Source of the DNA: Abditibacteriaceae bacterium
Lineage (GTDB): Bacteria > Armatimonadota > Abditibacteriia > Abditibacteriales > Abditibacteriaceae
Assembly (NCBI GenBank): GCA_965277285.1
Contig: OZ255721.1
Location: 3,200,001-3,264,000, forward strand
Direction of reading: 5' to 3'
DNA: 64,000 bases
The first letter of the stretch is position 1, and each line of letters opens with the position of its first letter. This document shows positions 50,269 to 59,296 of this stretch, piece by piece. The position numbers and the translations under genes are program-made. Under the pieces are notes generated by a model. It was not told the origin of the DNA and did no database searches. It worked only from the letters and a program-made list of their open reading frames with translations.

Positions 50269-52197
50269 CTATCGTCCGCGACGGCCTTCGCTAATGGTGG
50301 CCGCGATGTGATCGTCGTGTTCGCCGGTTTCGGCGGTCGTATGGAAGCCAGGATAGGCGAGAATGCCCATTTCAGGTAAGTCGAGACCGGCGACTTCATC
50401 TTCCGGCTTGGAGCGCAAGCCGATGGTCACATCGATCAATTTGAAGATAATGTAGCTGGACACGAACACCCAGACAACTAAGGCGACGGCGCCAATGAAC
50501 TGCGCGATGAACTGGTTAAATCCGCCGCCGTAAAACAAGCCTTTCAAAGGAACGTTGTTCTTTTGTGCGTCAACCGTCAAGTTCCAGCCTGCGCCATAAG
50601 TGCCGTCAGCGAACAAGCCGACACTGAGAACGCCCCACAAACCGCCGATGCCGTGAACCGAAATTGCGCCGACCGGATCGTCGATTTTGCGCGCTTCAAA
50701 AAAGGCAATTGAAACGCAAACCAGAACACCCGCAATGCCACCGATAATGATAGCGCCCCAGCTATTGACGAAACCCGATGGTGCCGTGATAGCGACCAAG
50801 CCCGCCAGAAAACCGTTGACAACCATCGTCGGATCGGGTTTTTTGGTCTTGGCGTACATATACAACATCGAAGTGATGCCACCCGAACAGGAAGCCAGCA
50901 TCGTAGCGACGGCGACGATGCCGATGCGCAGGTTTCCTGCGCCCGAAGCGCCAAAGGTCGAACCTGGGTTGAAGCCGAACCAACCGAAGGCCAGAATCAT
51001 GGTGCCCAAAATCGCCATCGGAATGTCGTGGCCGGGAATCGCGTTGGCCGTGCCGTCTTTGTTGAACTTGCCGATGCGTGGCCCGATCATCCAAGCGCCA
51101 ATAAGAGCGATCATGCCGCCAACAGCGTGAACGACGCCGCTGCCCGCAAAGTCAACATAACCCACGCCCAAATGCAAGTTGTTACCCAGCTGGCTGAGCC
51201 AGCCGCCGCCCCAAGCCCAATGTCCGAAGATCGGGTAAATGATGATCGGCACAGCCAAACCATAAACCAGGAAGGCGGGGAAGTTGAAACGCTCGGCCAT
51301 GGCACCAGTCGGAATCGTCGCCGCCGCATCCATAAACACGACCTGGAAGAGGAAGAACGCGTAAACGCCGACATCATAGGAGTTGCCGGAGAGAAACCAT
51401 CCATGCGTGGCGAAAATCGACCAGTTGGGCGCGATGGAAACTTTCGCCGCCGCATCCGAAAGTGGAGCTAATCCTCCCAAGTTGGCGATGGGGCCAGCCG
51501 CACCGAACATCAGCGCGAAACCAAAGGCCCAGAAACCGGCCACGCCCAAAAAGTAGATGACAAGGTTCATCATCATCGTGTGAGTAGCGTTTTTAGCGCG
51601 CGTGAAACCCGTTTCGACAAGCGCGAAACCGGCTTGCATGAAGAAGACCAGAAAGCCCGTCAGCAGCAACCAAACGGTGTTGATAGCAATGCGATTCTGC
51701 CCGATGTTGTCGGCCATGAACTGCATTCCAGGCGCGCTCATCGCTTTGGTGACATCGTCTTTTTCCTGAGCAGCTTTTTTGGTGTCGTCAGCGCTGCTGG
51801 AAGCCGCAGTTCCCAGTGTGTGATCGCCCGTTGCCAGATCGCCGCTATTACCCGTGGTTGAACCGGCAGGGTCGCCCACAACTGGCGTCGCTGCGGGTGT
51901 TGCCGCTGCTGCTGCTGAGTTAGATGCGGCATTGGCCGTTGCTATGTTTGCGACCGCATTGGCGGTGACGGCGTTTTCTGTGGCGGTCGTTTGTTCCGAT
52001 TGGGCGGCGTTAGCGACACCAGCGGGACCTTGCGTGCCTTTGCCAGGTTTGGTGCCTTCTGTTTTTGGCGCGTCGGCGGTTTGCGCCCACGCTGCGCCAG
52101 TTCCGAGTACTCGAGCGACGTTGTTTGGCAGAATCGGCAATGCCATCAGGCCGCTCAAAGCCAGGCCGATCCAAACGCTTTTTGTGCGTTGCTTCAT
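50269..52197 (-). CDS. amt: Ammonium transporter with long Ala/Thr-rich N-terminal extension
   Basis: FFMQAGFA, DFAGSGVVH, FGWFGFNPGS, DDPVGAISVHG. Confidence 0.95.
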   Translation of the reverse strand: MKQRTKSVWIGLALSGLMALPILPNNVARVLGTGAAWAQTADAPKTEGTKPGKGTQGPAGVANAAQSEQTTATENAVTANAVANIATANAASNSAAAAATPAATPVVGDPAGSTTGNSGDLATGDHTLGTAASSSADDTKKAAQEKDDVTKAMSAPGMQFMADNIGQNRIAINTVWLLLTGFLVFFMQAGFALVETGFTRAKNATHTMMMNLVIYFLGVAGFWAFGFALMFGAAGPIANLGGLAPLSDAAAKVSIAPNWSIFATHGWFLSGNSYDVGVYAFFLFQVVFMDAAATIPTGAMAERFNFPAFLVYGLAVPIIIYPIFGHWAWGGGWLSQLGNNLHLGVGYVDFAGSGVVHAVGGMIALIGAWMIGPRIGKFNKDGTANAIPGHDIPMAILGTMILAFGWFGFNPGSTFGASGAGNLRIGIVAVATMLASCSGGITSMLYMYAKTKKPDPTMVVNGFLAGLVAITAPSGFVNSWGAIIIGGIAGVLVCVSIAFFEARKIDDPVGAISVHGIGGLWGVLSVGLFADGTYGAGWNLTVDAQKNNVPLKGLFYGGGFNQFIAQFIGAVALVVWVFVSSYIIFKLIDVTIGLRSKPEDEVAGLDLPEMGILAYPGFHTTAETGEHDDHIAATISEGRRGR

Positions 52198-52343
52198 TTC
52201 TGTTGTTTCTCCTTTTATCGTGCGTCTAAACGTGAGATGTGTGCTCTTGTCACATAGCAGCATGACAATTTCATAGACAGCAAAACCCGCAGTCTTCCGA
52301 AAATCATGAAGACTGCGGGATTGCGAACCGGCGTTGCTACGCT

Positions 52344-54071
52344 TTACATCGTGATATTGCTCGGCGTTGTGCTGACTGAGGAAGCTGTTTGCGGCGTGGC
52401 ATTCATCGCCATGGCACCAGCGGGCGCGCCAACTGGAGCACCGTAATATCCGCCACCGCCACCGCTGTCATGCGTCGGAAATTCGGGATAAGCGTTCGCG
52501 CCATGCTCGTGGTAGTCCAGGCCTTCTTCTTCACCGGCCTGCGAAACACGCAGCGTTCCGGTCGCTTTAACCGCATACATCAAGGCGAGGGAAACCAGGA
52601 ATGTCGCAGCGGTAATCGTCGCGCTGCCAATGAATTGCGCTTCGAGTTGGTTCCATCCACCACCGTAAAACAAGCCTGTGACACCGACGACCGGCGGTTT
52701 GGCGGTTGCGTCGGGAACGGTTGCTCCAGTTGGGCCAGCGGAAACATATTGTCCGCAGGCGAACAATCCAAGGCTCAGCGTGCCCCAGATTCCGGCGAAA
52801 CCGTGAACCGCAACCGCGCCAACCGGATCGTCAACGCGCAGCCACTCAACAAAGTCAACCGCCATCACAACAACCACGCCAGCGACCAGGCCGATGATGA
52901 CGGCGCCCATTGGCGAAACCCAGTAACAAGGGCAGGTGATAGCGACCAATCCCGCCAGGAAGCCGTTGACTGTGATGCCGCAATCCCACTTTTTGCCGCG
53001 CGGGAAGGTGTAGAACAAGGCCGATAAACCCGCCGCACAAGCCGCAAGCGTCGTGTTCGTCGCCACACGTCCAATGCCCTGCGCATCCATCGCCGAAAGC
53101 GTGCTGCCCGGGTTAAATCCATACCAACCGAACCACAGGATAACGCCACCAATAGAAGCCAACAGCAAGTCGTGTCCAGGCGGAAGTCCGCCGCCATCGC
53201 GCTTGAAGACTCGTCCCAGGCGCGGCCCAAGTGCAATAGCGCCCGCAAAAGCGATGAAGCCACCAATTGTGTGAACAACTGTTGAACCGGCGAAATCGTG
53301 GAACGGCGTGCCCAGACCTGGCAGAATGTTGCCAGTGCTGCCCATATTGGCCAACCAGCCGTCCGGGCCCCAGGCCCAGTGACCCAGAATCGGGTAAATG
53401 AAGCCGCTGACGCCGACCGAGTAGATCAAGTCTCCGACAAAGCCAGTACGCCCCAGCATTGCGCCCGATGTGATGGTCGAGCAAGTATCGGCGAAAGCGA
53501 ACTGGAACAACCAGAATGCGATAACTGGAACGCCGGTCGCCCAGTAAGTGGCCGGTGTATTTGCCAGGAAGAAGTAGTTGGCGTTCTTGGCAACAGCATC
53601 CGTCGCTGTCGGGTCGCCATGTCCCAGACCGATCCAGGGATTGCCCCAGGCGAACATCAGAGCGAAGCCGAATGCCCAGAACAAAAGTCCGCATAAGCAG
53701 GTGTCAACGATGCCTTCGAGGATGATGTTGACCGATTCCTTGGTGCGCGCGAAACCAGCTTCGAGCGCCATGAATCCGGCCTGCATGAAGAACACCAGAA
53801 ACGCCGCAACCAGCGTCCAGGCCGTGTTGACAGCGTTGATGGTGTTGGTTTGCGTCGCCGCGATGTCAGCTAACTTGGGCGGTGCATCGGCGTTCGCGTG
53901 CTGAAAGAAGGTGATGCTAACGGCTGTAATGACGCCGAAAATTAAAGCCAGACCGAGCATCTTGGCGGTGAGAGCAAGCGCGAAATTGCGCTTGAACTCT
54001 TTTTGTCCGACGCGTTCGCGGAGCAAACTCCACATCATCTGCATATTACGGGTTGAAAGTGTACGATCCAT
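52344..54071 (-). CDS. amt: Ammonium transporter (second copy)
   Basis: FFMQAGFM, DFAGSTVVH, WFGWYGFNPGS, DDPVGAVAVHG; AGGAG RBS before ATG 54071. Confidence 0.95.
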   Translation of the reverse strand: MDRTLSTRNMQMMWSLLRERVGQKEFKRNFALALTAKMLGLALIFGVITAVSITFFQHANADAPPKLADIAATQTNTINAVNTAWTLVAAFLVFFMQAGFMALEAGFARTKESVNIILEGIVDTCLCGLLFWAFGFALMFAWGNPWIGLGHGDPTATDAVAKNANYFFLANTPATYWATGVPVIAFWLFQFAFADTCSTITSGAMLGRTGFVGDLIYSVGVSGFIYPILGHWAWGPDGWLANMGSTGNILPGLGTPFHDFAGSTVVHTIGGFIAFAGAIALGPRLGRVFKRDGGGLPPGHDLLLASIGGVILWFGWYGFNPGSTLSAMDAQGIGRVATNTTLAACAAGLSALFYTFPRGKKWDCGITVNGFLAGLVAITCPCYWVSPMGAVIIGLVAGVVVVMAVDFVEWLRVDDPVGAVAVHGFAGIWGTLSLGLFACGQYVSAGPTGATVPDATAKPPVVGVTGLFYGGGWNQLEAQFIGSATITAATFLVSLALMYAVKATGTLRVSQAGEEEGLDYHEHGANAYPEFPTHDSGGGGGYYGAPVGAPAGAMAMNATPQTASSVSTTPSNITM

Positions 54072-54379
54072 AGGTCTCCTGGGTCGAGGGGAATAAACGG
54101 CGGGAAATAAACGCGTGGCTTGAGAAACAAAAGGTACGGAAAGAACAGGTGGTTTCTCGCGCCACATTGCGGCACCTGCTCATATTTCGACGGTCGTCCG
54201 TCGCAGCCTGGGGAAGTGATTTCAATTTTTGGGCTTCATGCTGGAGAGCGCGATGCCGGGCGTTCACCTCCTGGTTTATAAATTTCCTGCTTCGCGTTCG
54301 AGGACTCGATTCCTGTTCGAGCATTTCCAATTGGCGCTCAACGCTTGGTGTTGCGTGCTTCAAATTGTGGGCGACAAAG

Positions 54380-54428
54380 GTTTCGACTTTGTTACAAAAG
54401 CGTGAACAGCGCGTGAGCTTTGCGTAAA
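54380..54428 (-). promoter_or_regulatory. Array of five 11-bp-phased boxes resembling the GlnR (OmpR-type) box
   Basis: Minus strand reads TTTAC-n6-CTCAC-n6-TTCAC-n6-GTAAC-n6-GAAAC, then CACAAT 10 nt downstream. Confidence 0.55.
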
Positions 54429-54460
54429 AGGTTCGCTTTGAAACCGTATCGCAAACGACA

Positions 54461-54492
54461 AAAGCGCGAATCGAGTACTCGATTCGCGCTTT
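54461..54492 (-). terminator. 32-bp perfect palindrome centred on TCGAGTACTCGA; probable ispH terminator
   Basis: AAAGCGCGAATCGAGTACTCGATTCGCGCTTT. Confidence 0.65.
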
Positions 54493-54537
54493 CCGGGAAC
54501 TTGCAGAAGCGCATCACAACGCTTCGTGCGACAACAA

Positions 54538-55500
54538 TCAAACCACCATTGGCAAAGTTTTTAATTCTTTGGGCAGCGGAAAAAACACATCTTCGGGAAT
54601 CAGTTCCAGCATTTCAACTTCTGTTGCGCCGCGCCGTTTCAAGTCATTGAGGACGCGTTCAACTAACACTTCAGGCGCGCTGGCTCCAGCAGAAATACCC
54701 GCCACGCGCACGCTCTGGTCAAACCATTCGTCACGAATCGAGCGTTCGTCGTCGATCAGAAAAGCGCGCGTGCCGCAATCCTGGGCGACTTCGCGCAAGC
54801 GCTGCGAATTGGAAGAGTTCTGCGCGCCGACGACCAAAATCAGGTCGCAGCGCGGCGCGAGGTCTTTGACTGCCGCCTGGCGATTGGTCGTGGCGTAGCA
54901 AATATCGCCTTTGGGCGGAACCAGCAAAGCGGGAAACTTCGTCTTCAGAGCGGCTGCGATGTCGCGTGTGTCATCAACGCTTAGAGTGGTTTGCGACAGG
55001 ACGACGATTTTTTCGGGGTCGGGAACGGTGAGTTTTTCAACGTCTTTCACATCGACAATTAAGTGCATCGCGGATGGCGCTTGTCCCATTGTGCCTTCGA
55101 CTTCTTCGTGTCCGGCGTGACCGATGAGGGCAATCGAATAGCCTTGTTTGGCATAGCGAATCGCCTGCAAATGGACGCGCGTGACCAGAGGACAGGTCGC
55201 ATCGATCACGAACAGATGTTTTTGCTGCGCGCGCTGACGAACCACGGGACTGACACCGTGCGCCGAAAAAATGCAGACAATCGGGTTGTCGGGCGTGCCA
55301 TCGGGCACTTCGTCCAGTTCGGAGACGAAAATCGCGCCTTTTTGCCGCAAGGTTTCGACCACGAACTTGTTGTGCACGATTTCCTTGCGCACATAAACAG
55401 GCTGCGTAATTTGCAACGCTTCCTCGACAATATCGACGGCGCGCACCACGCCAGCGCAAAAGCCGCGCGGACGCACCAGCAAAACTTTTTCTAAAGACAT
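54538..55500 (-). CDS. ispH: 4-hydroxy-3-methylbut-2-enyl diphosphate reductase
   Basis: PRGFCAGV, IVHN, SAHGV, DATCPLV, SQTT, DICYATTNRQ, SSNS. Confidence 0.97.
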   Translation of the reverse strand: MSLEKVLLVRPRGFCAGVVRAVDIVEEALQITQPVYVRKEIVHNKFVVETLRQKGAIFVSELDEVPDGTPDNPIVCIFSAHGVSPVVRQRAQQKHLFVIDATCPLVTRVHLQAIRYAKQGYSIALIGHAGHEEVEGTMGQAPSAMHLIVDVKDVEKLTVPDPEKIVVLSQTTLSVDDTRDIAAALKTKFPALLVPPKGDICYATTNRQAAVKDLAPRCDLILVVGAQNSSNSQRLREVAQDCGTRAFLIDDERSIRDEWFDQSVRVAGISAGASAPEVLVERVLNDLKRRGATEVEMLELIPEDVFFPLPKELKTLPMVV

Positions 55501-55650
55501 AATTGTCACCTGCTGAAATTATAGCGCAGGTGACGCCCGATTCGAGTACTCGTTGCGCAATAGAATCAAACGTGTTCCAAAACAAAAAGGCATCAGTCAC
55601 AGAAAGTGTCTTCCTGTAACTGATGCCTCAACCAAAATGAGTGCTAAAAC

Positions 55651-56310
55651 CTACGCGATGGCGAAGCTGCGCAGGGCCGATTCGAGTTGCGGTGGCACAA
55701 GCGCGATGATTTCATCGTTGGCCTGGAAAGTCGTTGTTCCATCGGGGACGAAGGCGCCGCCATCGCGCAAAACTGAAATGATTAGCGTGTCTTTGGGCAG
55801 CGTGATCGAGCCTAAGGTTTGCCCGATGAGCGGCGAACGCGTGCCCAGTTCGATTTCGACGGCTTCGACGTTACTTTTTTCCAGAACGCCCAAAAGGTGC
55901 AGCGGCGAGGAGCCGACTTTGCGCCCCAGCAAATCAAGAATAGCGCGCGTGCCGCTGACGCGTTCTTTAATGCCGATCTTCTCGAAAAACTCTTCGTTAT
56001 CAGGGTTGTTGACGCGCGCGATAATGCGCGTTTTGCCAAAACAATGCGCCACCATTTGGCACGTCACCAGGTTGTCGGCGTCATCGCCGGTCGCCACCAC
56101 GATCAAATCGGCGCGCTCGACGCCCGCGTTTTTGAGAACCAGCGGATCGCAACCATCGCCATGCATCACAACGTCGCCTAAATCGGCGGACAAGCGATGG
56201 TATTCTGGACGATTTTTTTCCAGCAGTAGGACTTCGTAGTTTTCGTTGATGAGCGAGCGCGTCAGGTAATAACCGATTTTGCCGCCGCCCGTAATAATTG
56301 CGTATGCCAT
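55651..56310 (-). CDS. TrkA/KtrA-family RCK protein (N+C domains)
   Basis: GGGKIG, GDGCD, ATGDDADN, ARVNNP. Confidence 0.92.
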   Translation of the reverse strand: MAYAIITGGGKIGYYLTRSLINENYEVLLLEKNRPEYHRLSADLGDVVMHGDGCDPLVLKNAGVERADLIVVATGDDADNLVTCQMVAHCFGKTRIIARVNNPDNEEFFEKIGIKERVSGTRAILDLLGRKVGSSPLHLLGVLEKSNVEAVEIELGTRSPLIGQTLGSITLPKDTLIISVLRDGGAFVPDGTTTFQANDEIIALVPPQLESALRSFAIA

Positions 56311-56395
56311 TTTTCTCCAGTGATCAGAAATCGGTGGTCAGTGGTCGATTCGAGTACTCAATTACGATGCTGGCTGACTTTCGACCACGAACTTC

Positions 56396-56860
56396 TTATA
56401 GCGTGTCCAGTGCGCTGGCGTCGCCGAAAACTGGCATTTCGCCGGGCAAGGTCGGGAACGCGCCGTCTTTGACATAGACTTCGAGCAAGCCTTCCAAAAC
56501 CGTTGTCGTGCAAAGCGTTTCGACGCCCATTTCATGAAACTTGGCGGCGCGAATTGGATCGTGCAGCCGCGCCACAACGCGTTGCACGCCGAACTTATGA
56601 CGCGCCAGTTGCGCGACCATCAAGTTGCGGTTGTCGCCGCCAGTCAACGCCAGTACGATTTCAGCCTGGTCGGTGTGTGAGCGCTCTAAAACAGCGACTT
56701 CCAAACCCGAACCCTGTATCGTCAGGCCAGGAAACGAAGTTCCCAAACGCAAAAACGCTTCGCGGTTTTCATCTAAAATCGTGATGCTGTGGCCTTGTAT
56801 CGCCAATCGCATCGCCAGGCGAGAACCAACGCGCCCGCATCCCACAATCACAATGTTCAT
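56396..56860 (-). CDS. TrkA-N-only RCK protein
   Basis: IVGCGRVG, TGGDNRN, ARLHDP. Confidence 0.9.
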   Translation of the reverse strand: MNIVIVGCGRVGSRLAMRLAIQGHSITILDENREAFLRLGTSFPGLTIQGSGLEVAVLERSHTDQAEIVLALTGGDNRNLMVAQLARHKFGVQRVVARLHDPIRAAKFHEMGVETLCTTTVLEGLLEVYVKDGAFPTLPGEMPVFGDASALDTL

Positions 56861-56929
56861 AAGAAAATATCGCCCTTTCGAGTACTCGATTCCTGATTTA
56901 CGATGTTTTAAGCTGCGGCGTTTGAACCC

Positions 56930-59002
56930 TTACGCGTGCGGCGTTTGCGCATGTTCGTCCGCGTAAGTATCGACTGTGACCAGATGGTTTTCGACGTGGT
57001 GGCCGTTGTGTCCATTGCTGCCGTTTCCTGTGCCGCTGGCGCGAATATCGTCATCTTCCGGGACATACGCTTCGATGTGATATGGCACGCTGGTAACGAC
57101 AACGCCTGGCTTGAACAGCAAGCGCAACTTCAAAGTCAGGCTGGCATGTCCGTGCAAAAACTTGGCGAAAGTTCCCGCCGGTACGAATTCGGGAATGACA
57201 ATCGTCGTGACCGAGTTCGGTTCTTGCTTTTGCAAGCGGTCGATGTAATCCATAATCGGGTGATTGAGCGAGCGGTACGGGCTGGGCAAAATCACCAAAG
57301 GCATGCCGCGCGACCATTGCGTCCAGCGTTTGCGCAGGCGTTCTTCGCGCGTCGGGTCAATTGAAACGTGAATGGCGCGCGCATCTTCGGAAATTGTGCG
57401 CGCATATTGCAAAGCCGGAATGACGCCGCGATGAATGTCGGGCGCGAGAACTAAAACGTGATGCCGCAAGCCTTGCGACGGACGATAACCTTCCAGGCTA
57501 AGCTGCTTGGCCACGCTGCGATAATGCGATTTGACGCGCAGGAAGAACCAGACCAGCATCGGAATCAGGATGATGACGACCCAGGCGCCGTAAGCGAACT
57601 TGACCGCCGCAAAAATCAACGTCACAATCGCGGTGGCGACGGCGCCCGTTCCATTGACAACCGCTTTGCCGTGCCAGCCCGGAGTTTTGAGGTCGAACCA
57701 ATGCTTCACCATGCCGGCTTGCGACAGCGTGAACGAAAGAAACACGCCAATCGCATACAGCGGAATCAAGCTATCGACCTGGCCGCGAAAGACAACGATC
57801 AAAATCGTGCTGAAAATCGCCAGCACCGCGATACCGCGATCAAACACCAATTTGTCGCCGATGTTGGCGAACTGGCGCGGCATGAAACCGTCCCGCGCGA
57901 TGATCGAACTCAAGCGCGGAAAGTCTGCGAACGACGTGTTGGCAGCCAAAATCAAAATCAGCGCGGTCGCAATCTGCAAGAACCAGTACAGGATGTTGCC
58001 AACTGGCGTCGTGTTGTCGAAAACCATGCGACCGACTTGCGACAAAACCGTTTCGCCCAACTGGTCTTTGCTGCCGGGCAAAATGGCGTTCGGCGGCAGT
58101 GCGTGAATCTGCATCGCCAGATAACTCAAGCCCAGGAACATCGTGCCCAAAATGCCAGCCATCCACAACATTGTCGTGGCGGCATTCTTCGAGGACGGTT
58201 CCTTGAAGGCGGGAACGCCGTTGGAAATCGCTTCGACTCCCGTCAAAGCCGTACAACCCGACGCGAAGGCGTGCAAAATCAGGTAGAGACCAAGAAAACG
58301 GCTCAAGCCGCCAAAACCATTGACGTGATGCGAAATCGGGCCGCCTTCCGCGCCGCCGCCCGCATTGGCGAAATCAGCGGGTGGGTGAGCCGCTGGTAGC
58401 CCGTGTGCCCCCATGATTTTATACAGGCCAATGCCAATCATCACATACATAATGGTGATGAACGAATAAGTCGGAATGGCGAAGATCGTTCCGCTTTCGC
58501 GCACGCCGCGCAAGTTCATCAACGAAATAAACGCAACCGAAACGACGCACATCAAGACGACTTCGTTTTGCGTCATGTTGATGTGGTTCGTTTGCAAAAG
58601 CGACGCGACCGCCGCCACGCCCGCCGCCACGCTGACCGAAACTGTGAGTACGTAATCGACCAGCAACGAAGCGCCCGCGATTTGCGCCGGAAGTTCGCCC
58701 AGGTTTTCGCGCGACACGATATAAGAACCGCCGCCGCTTGGATACGCCATGATCGTCTGGCGATAACTTGTGGCGACAATCACCAGCAAAACCACGATGC
58801 CCAGGCTGAGCCACGGCGTCAAGCCGAAAGTTCCGGTTCCCGCGACCAGCAAGGCGCCCATAATCGCTTCGGTCGCGTAAGCTACAGACGACAAAGCATC
58901 TGAAGCGAAAACCGGCAAGGCGATGATTTTGGGAATTTTTTCGTGATGCGCGCGGTCGGTCGCAATCGGCTGGCCGATCAGTATTCGCTTGATAAGTGAC
59001 AT
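56930..59002 (-). CDS. KimA/YdaO-like APC-family K+ transporter
   Basis: FASDALSSVAYATE, YPSGGGSY, LTGVEAISNGVP, ANTSFADFPRL, LPSPYRS. Confidence 0.9.
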   Translation of the reverse strand: MSLIKRILIGQPIATDRAHHEKIPKIIALPVFASDALSSVAYATEAIMGALLVAGTGTFGLTPWLSLGIVVLLVIVATSYRQTIMAYPSGGGSYIVSRENLGELPAQIAGASLLVDYVLTVSVSVAAGVAAVASLLQTNHINMTQNEVVLMCVVSVAFISLMNLRGVRESGTIFAIPTYSFITIMYVMIGIGLYKIMGAHGLPAAHPPADFANAGGGAEGGPISHHVNGFGGLSRFLGLYLILHAFASGCTALTGVEAISNGVPAFKEPSSKNAATTMLWMAGILGTMFLGLSYLAMQIHALPPNAILPGSKDQLGETVLSQVGRMVFDNTTPVGNILYWFLQIATALILILAANTSFADFPRLSSIIARDGFMPRQFANIGDKLVFDRGIAVLAIFSTILIVVFRGQVDSLIPLYAIGVFLSFTLSQAGMVKHWFDLKTPGWHGKAVVNGTGAVATAIVTLIFAAVKFAYGAWVVIILIPMLVWFFLRVKSHYRSVAKQLSLEGYRPSQGLRHHVLVLAPDIHRGVIPALQYARTISEDARAIHVSIDPTREERLRKRWTQWSRGMPLVILPSPYRSLNHPIMDYIDRLQKQEPNSVTTIVIPEFVPAGTFAKFLHGHASLTLKLRLLFKPGVVVTSVPYHIEAYVPEDDDIRASGTGNGSNGHNGHHVENHLVTVDTYADEHAQTPHA

Positions 59003-59296
59003 CGAAAATCCTTAGAAGTGCGTTAAACGGGAAAATTCTGATCTGTTCTGTGCGCTTTTTCACAAGCGCACAGGCGCATAGATTATCGCGTGCTTTGTGC
59101 TCTGTCAATACAGATTCGAGTACTCGATTGCGACTTGAGCATCGCTTGAGCACAAAGCGAAACACCTTTGAAACAAAGTGGCACTTTGCACAAGGAAAAT
59201 CTCTAATTCCACCTTAACGCGTTTTGTGTCAAAATCTTCTGCGGCGCGGATTTTGCGACACGCCGCGCCGCTCTCTTTGAAGGAACTTCTTTTTTC

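Noticed and set aside
54046..54363. 105-aa ORF upstream of amt
   Set aside because: TTG start overlaps the predicted -10 element, no recognisable motif, overlaps the amt start; treated as leader but not fully excluded
59003..59296. c-di-AMP (ydaO) riboswitch upstream of the kimA-like gene
   Set aside because: Conserved riboswitch elements were not visible by eye; an Rfam scan would settle it
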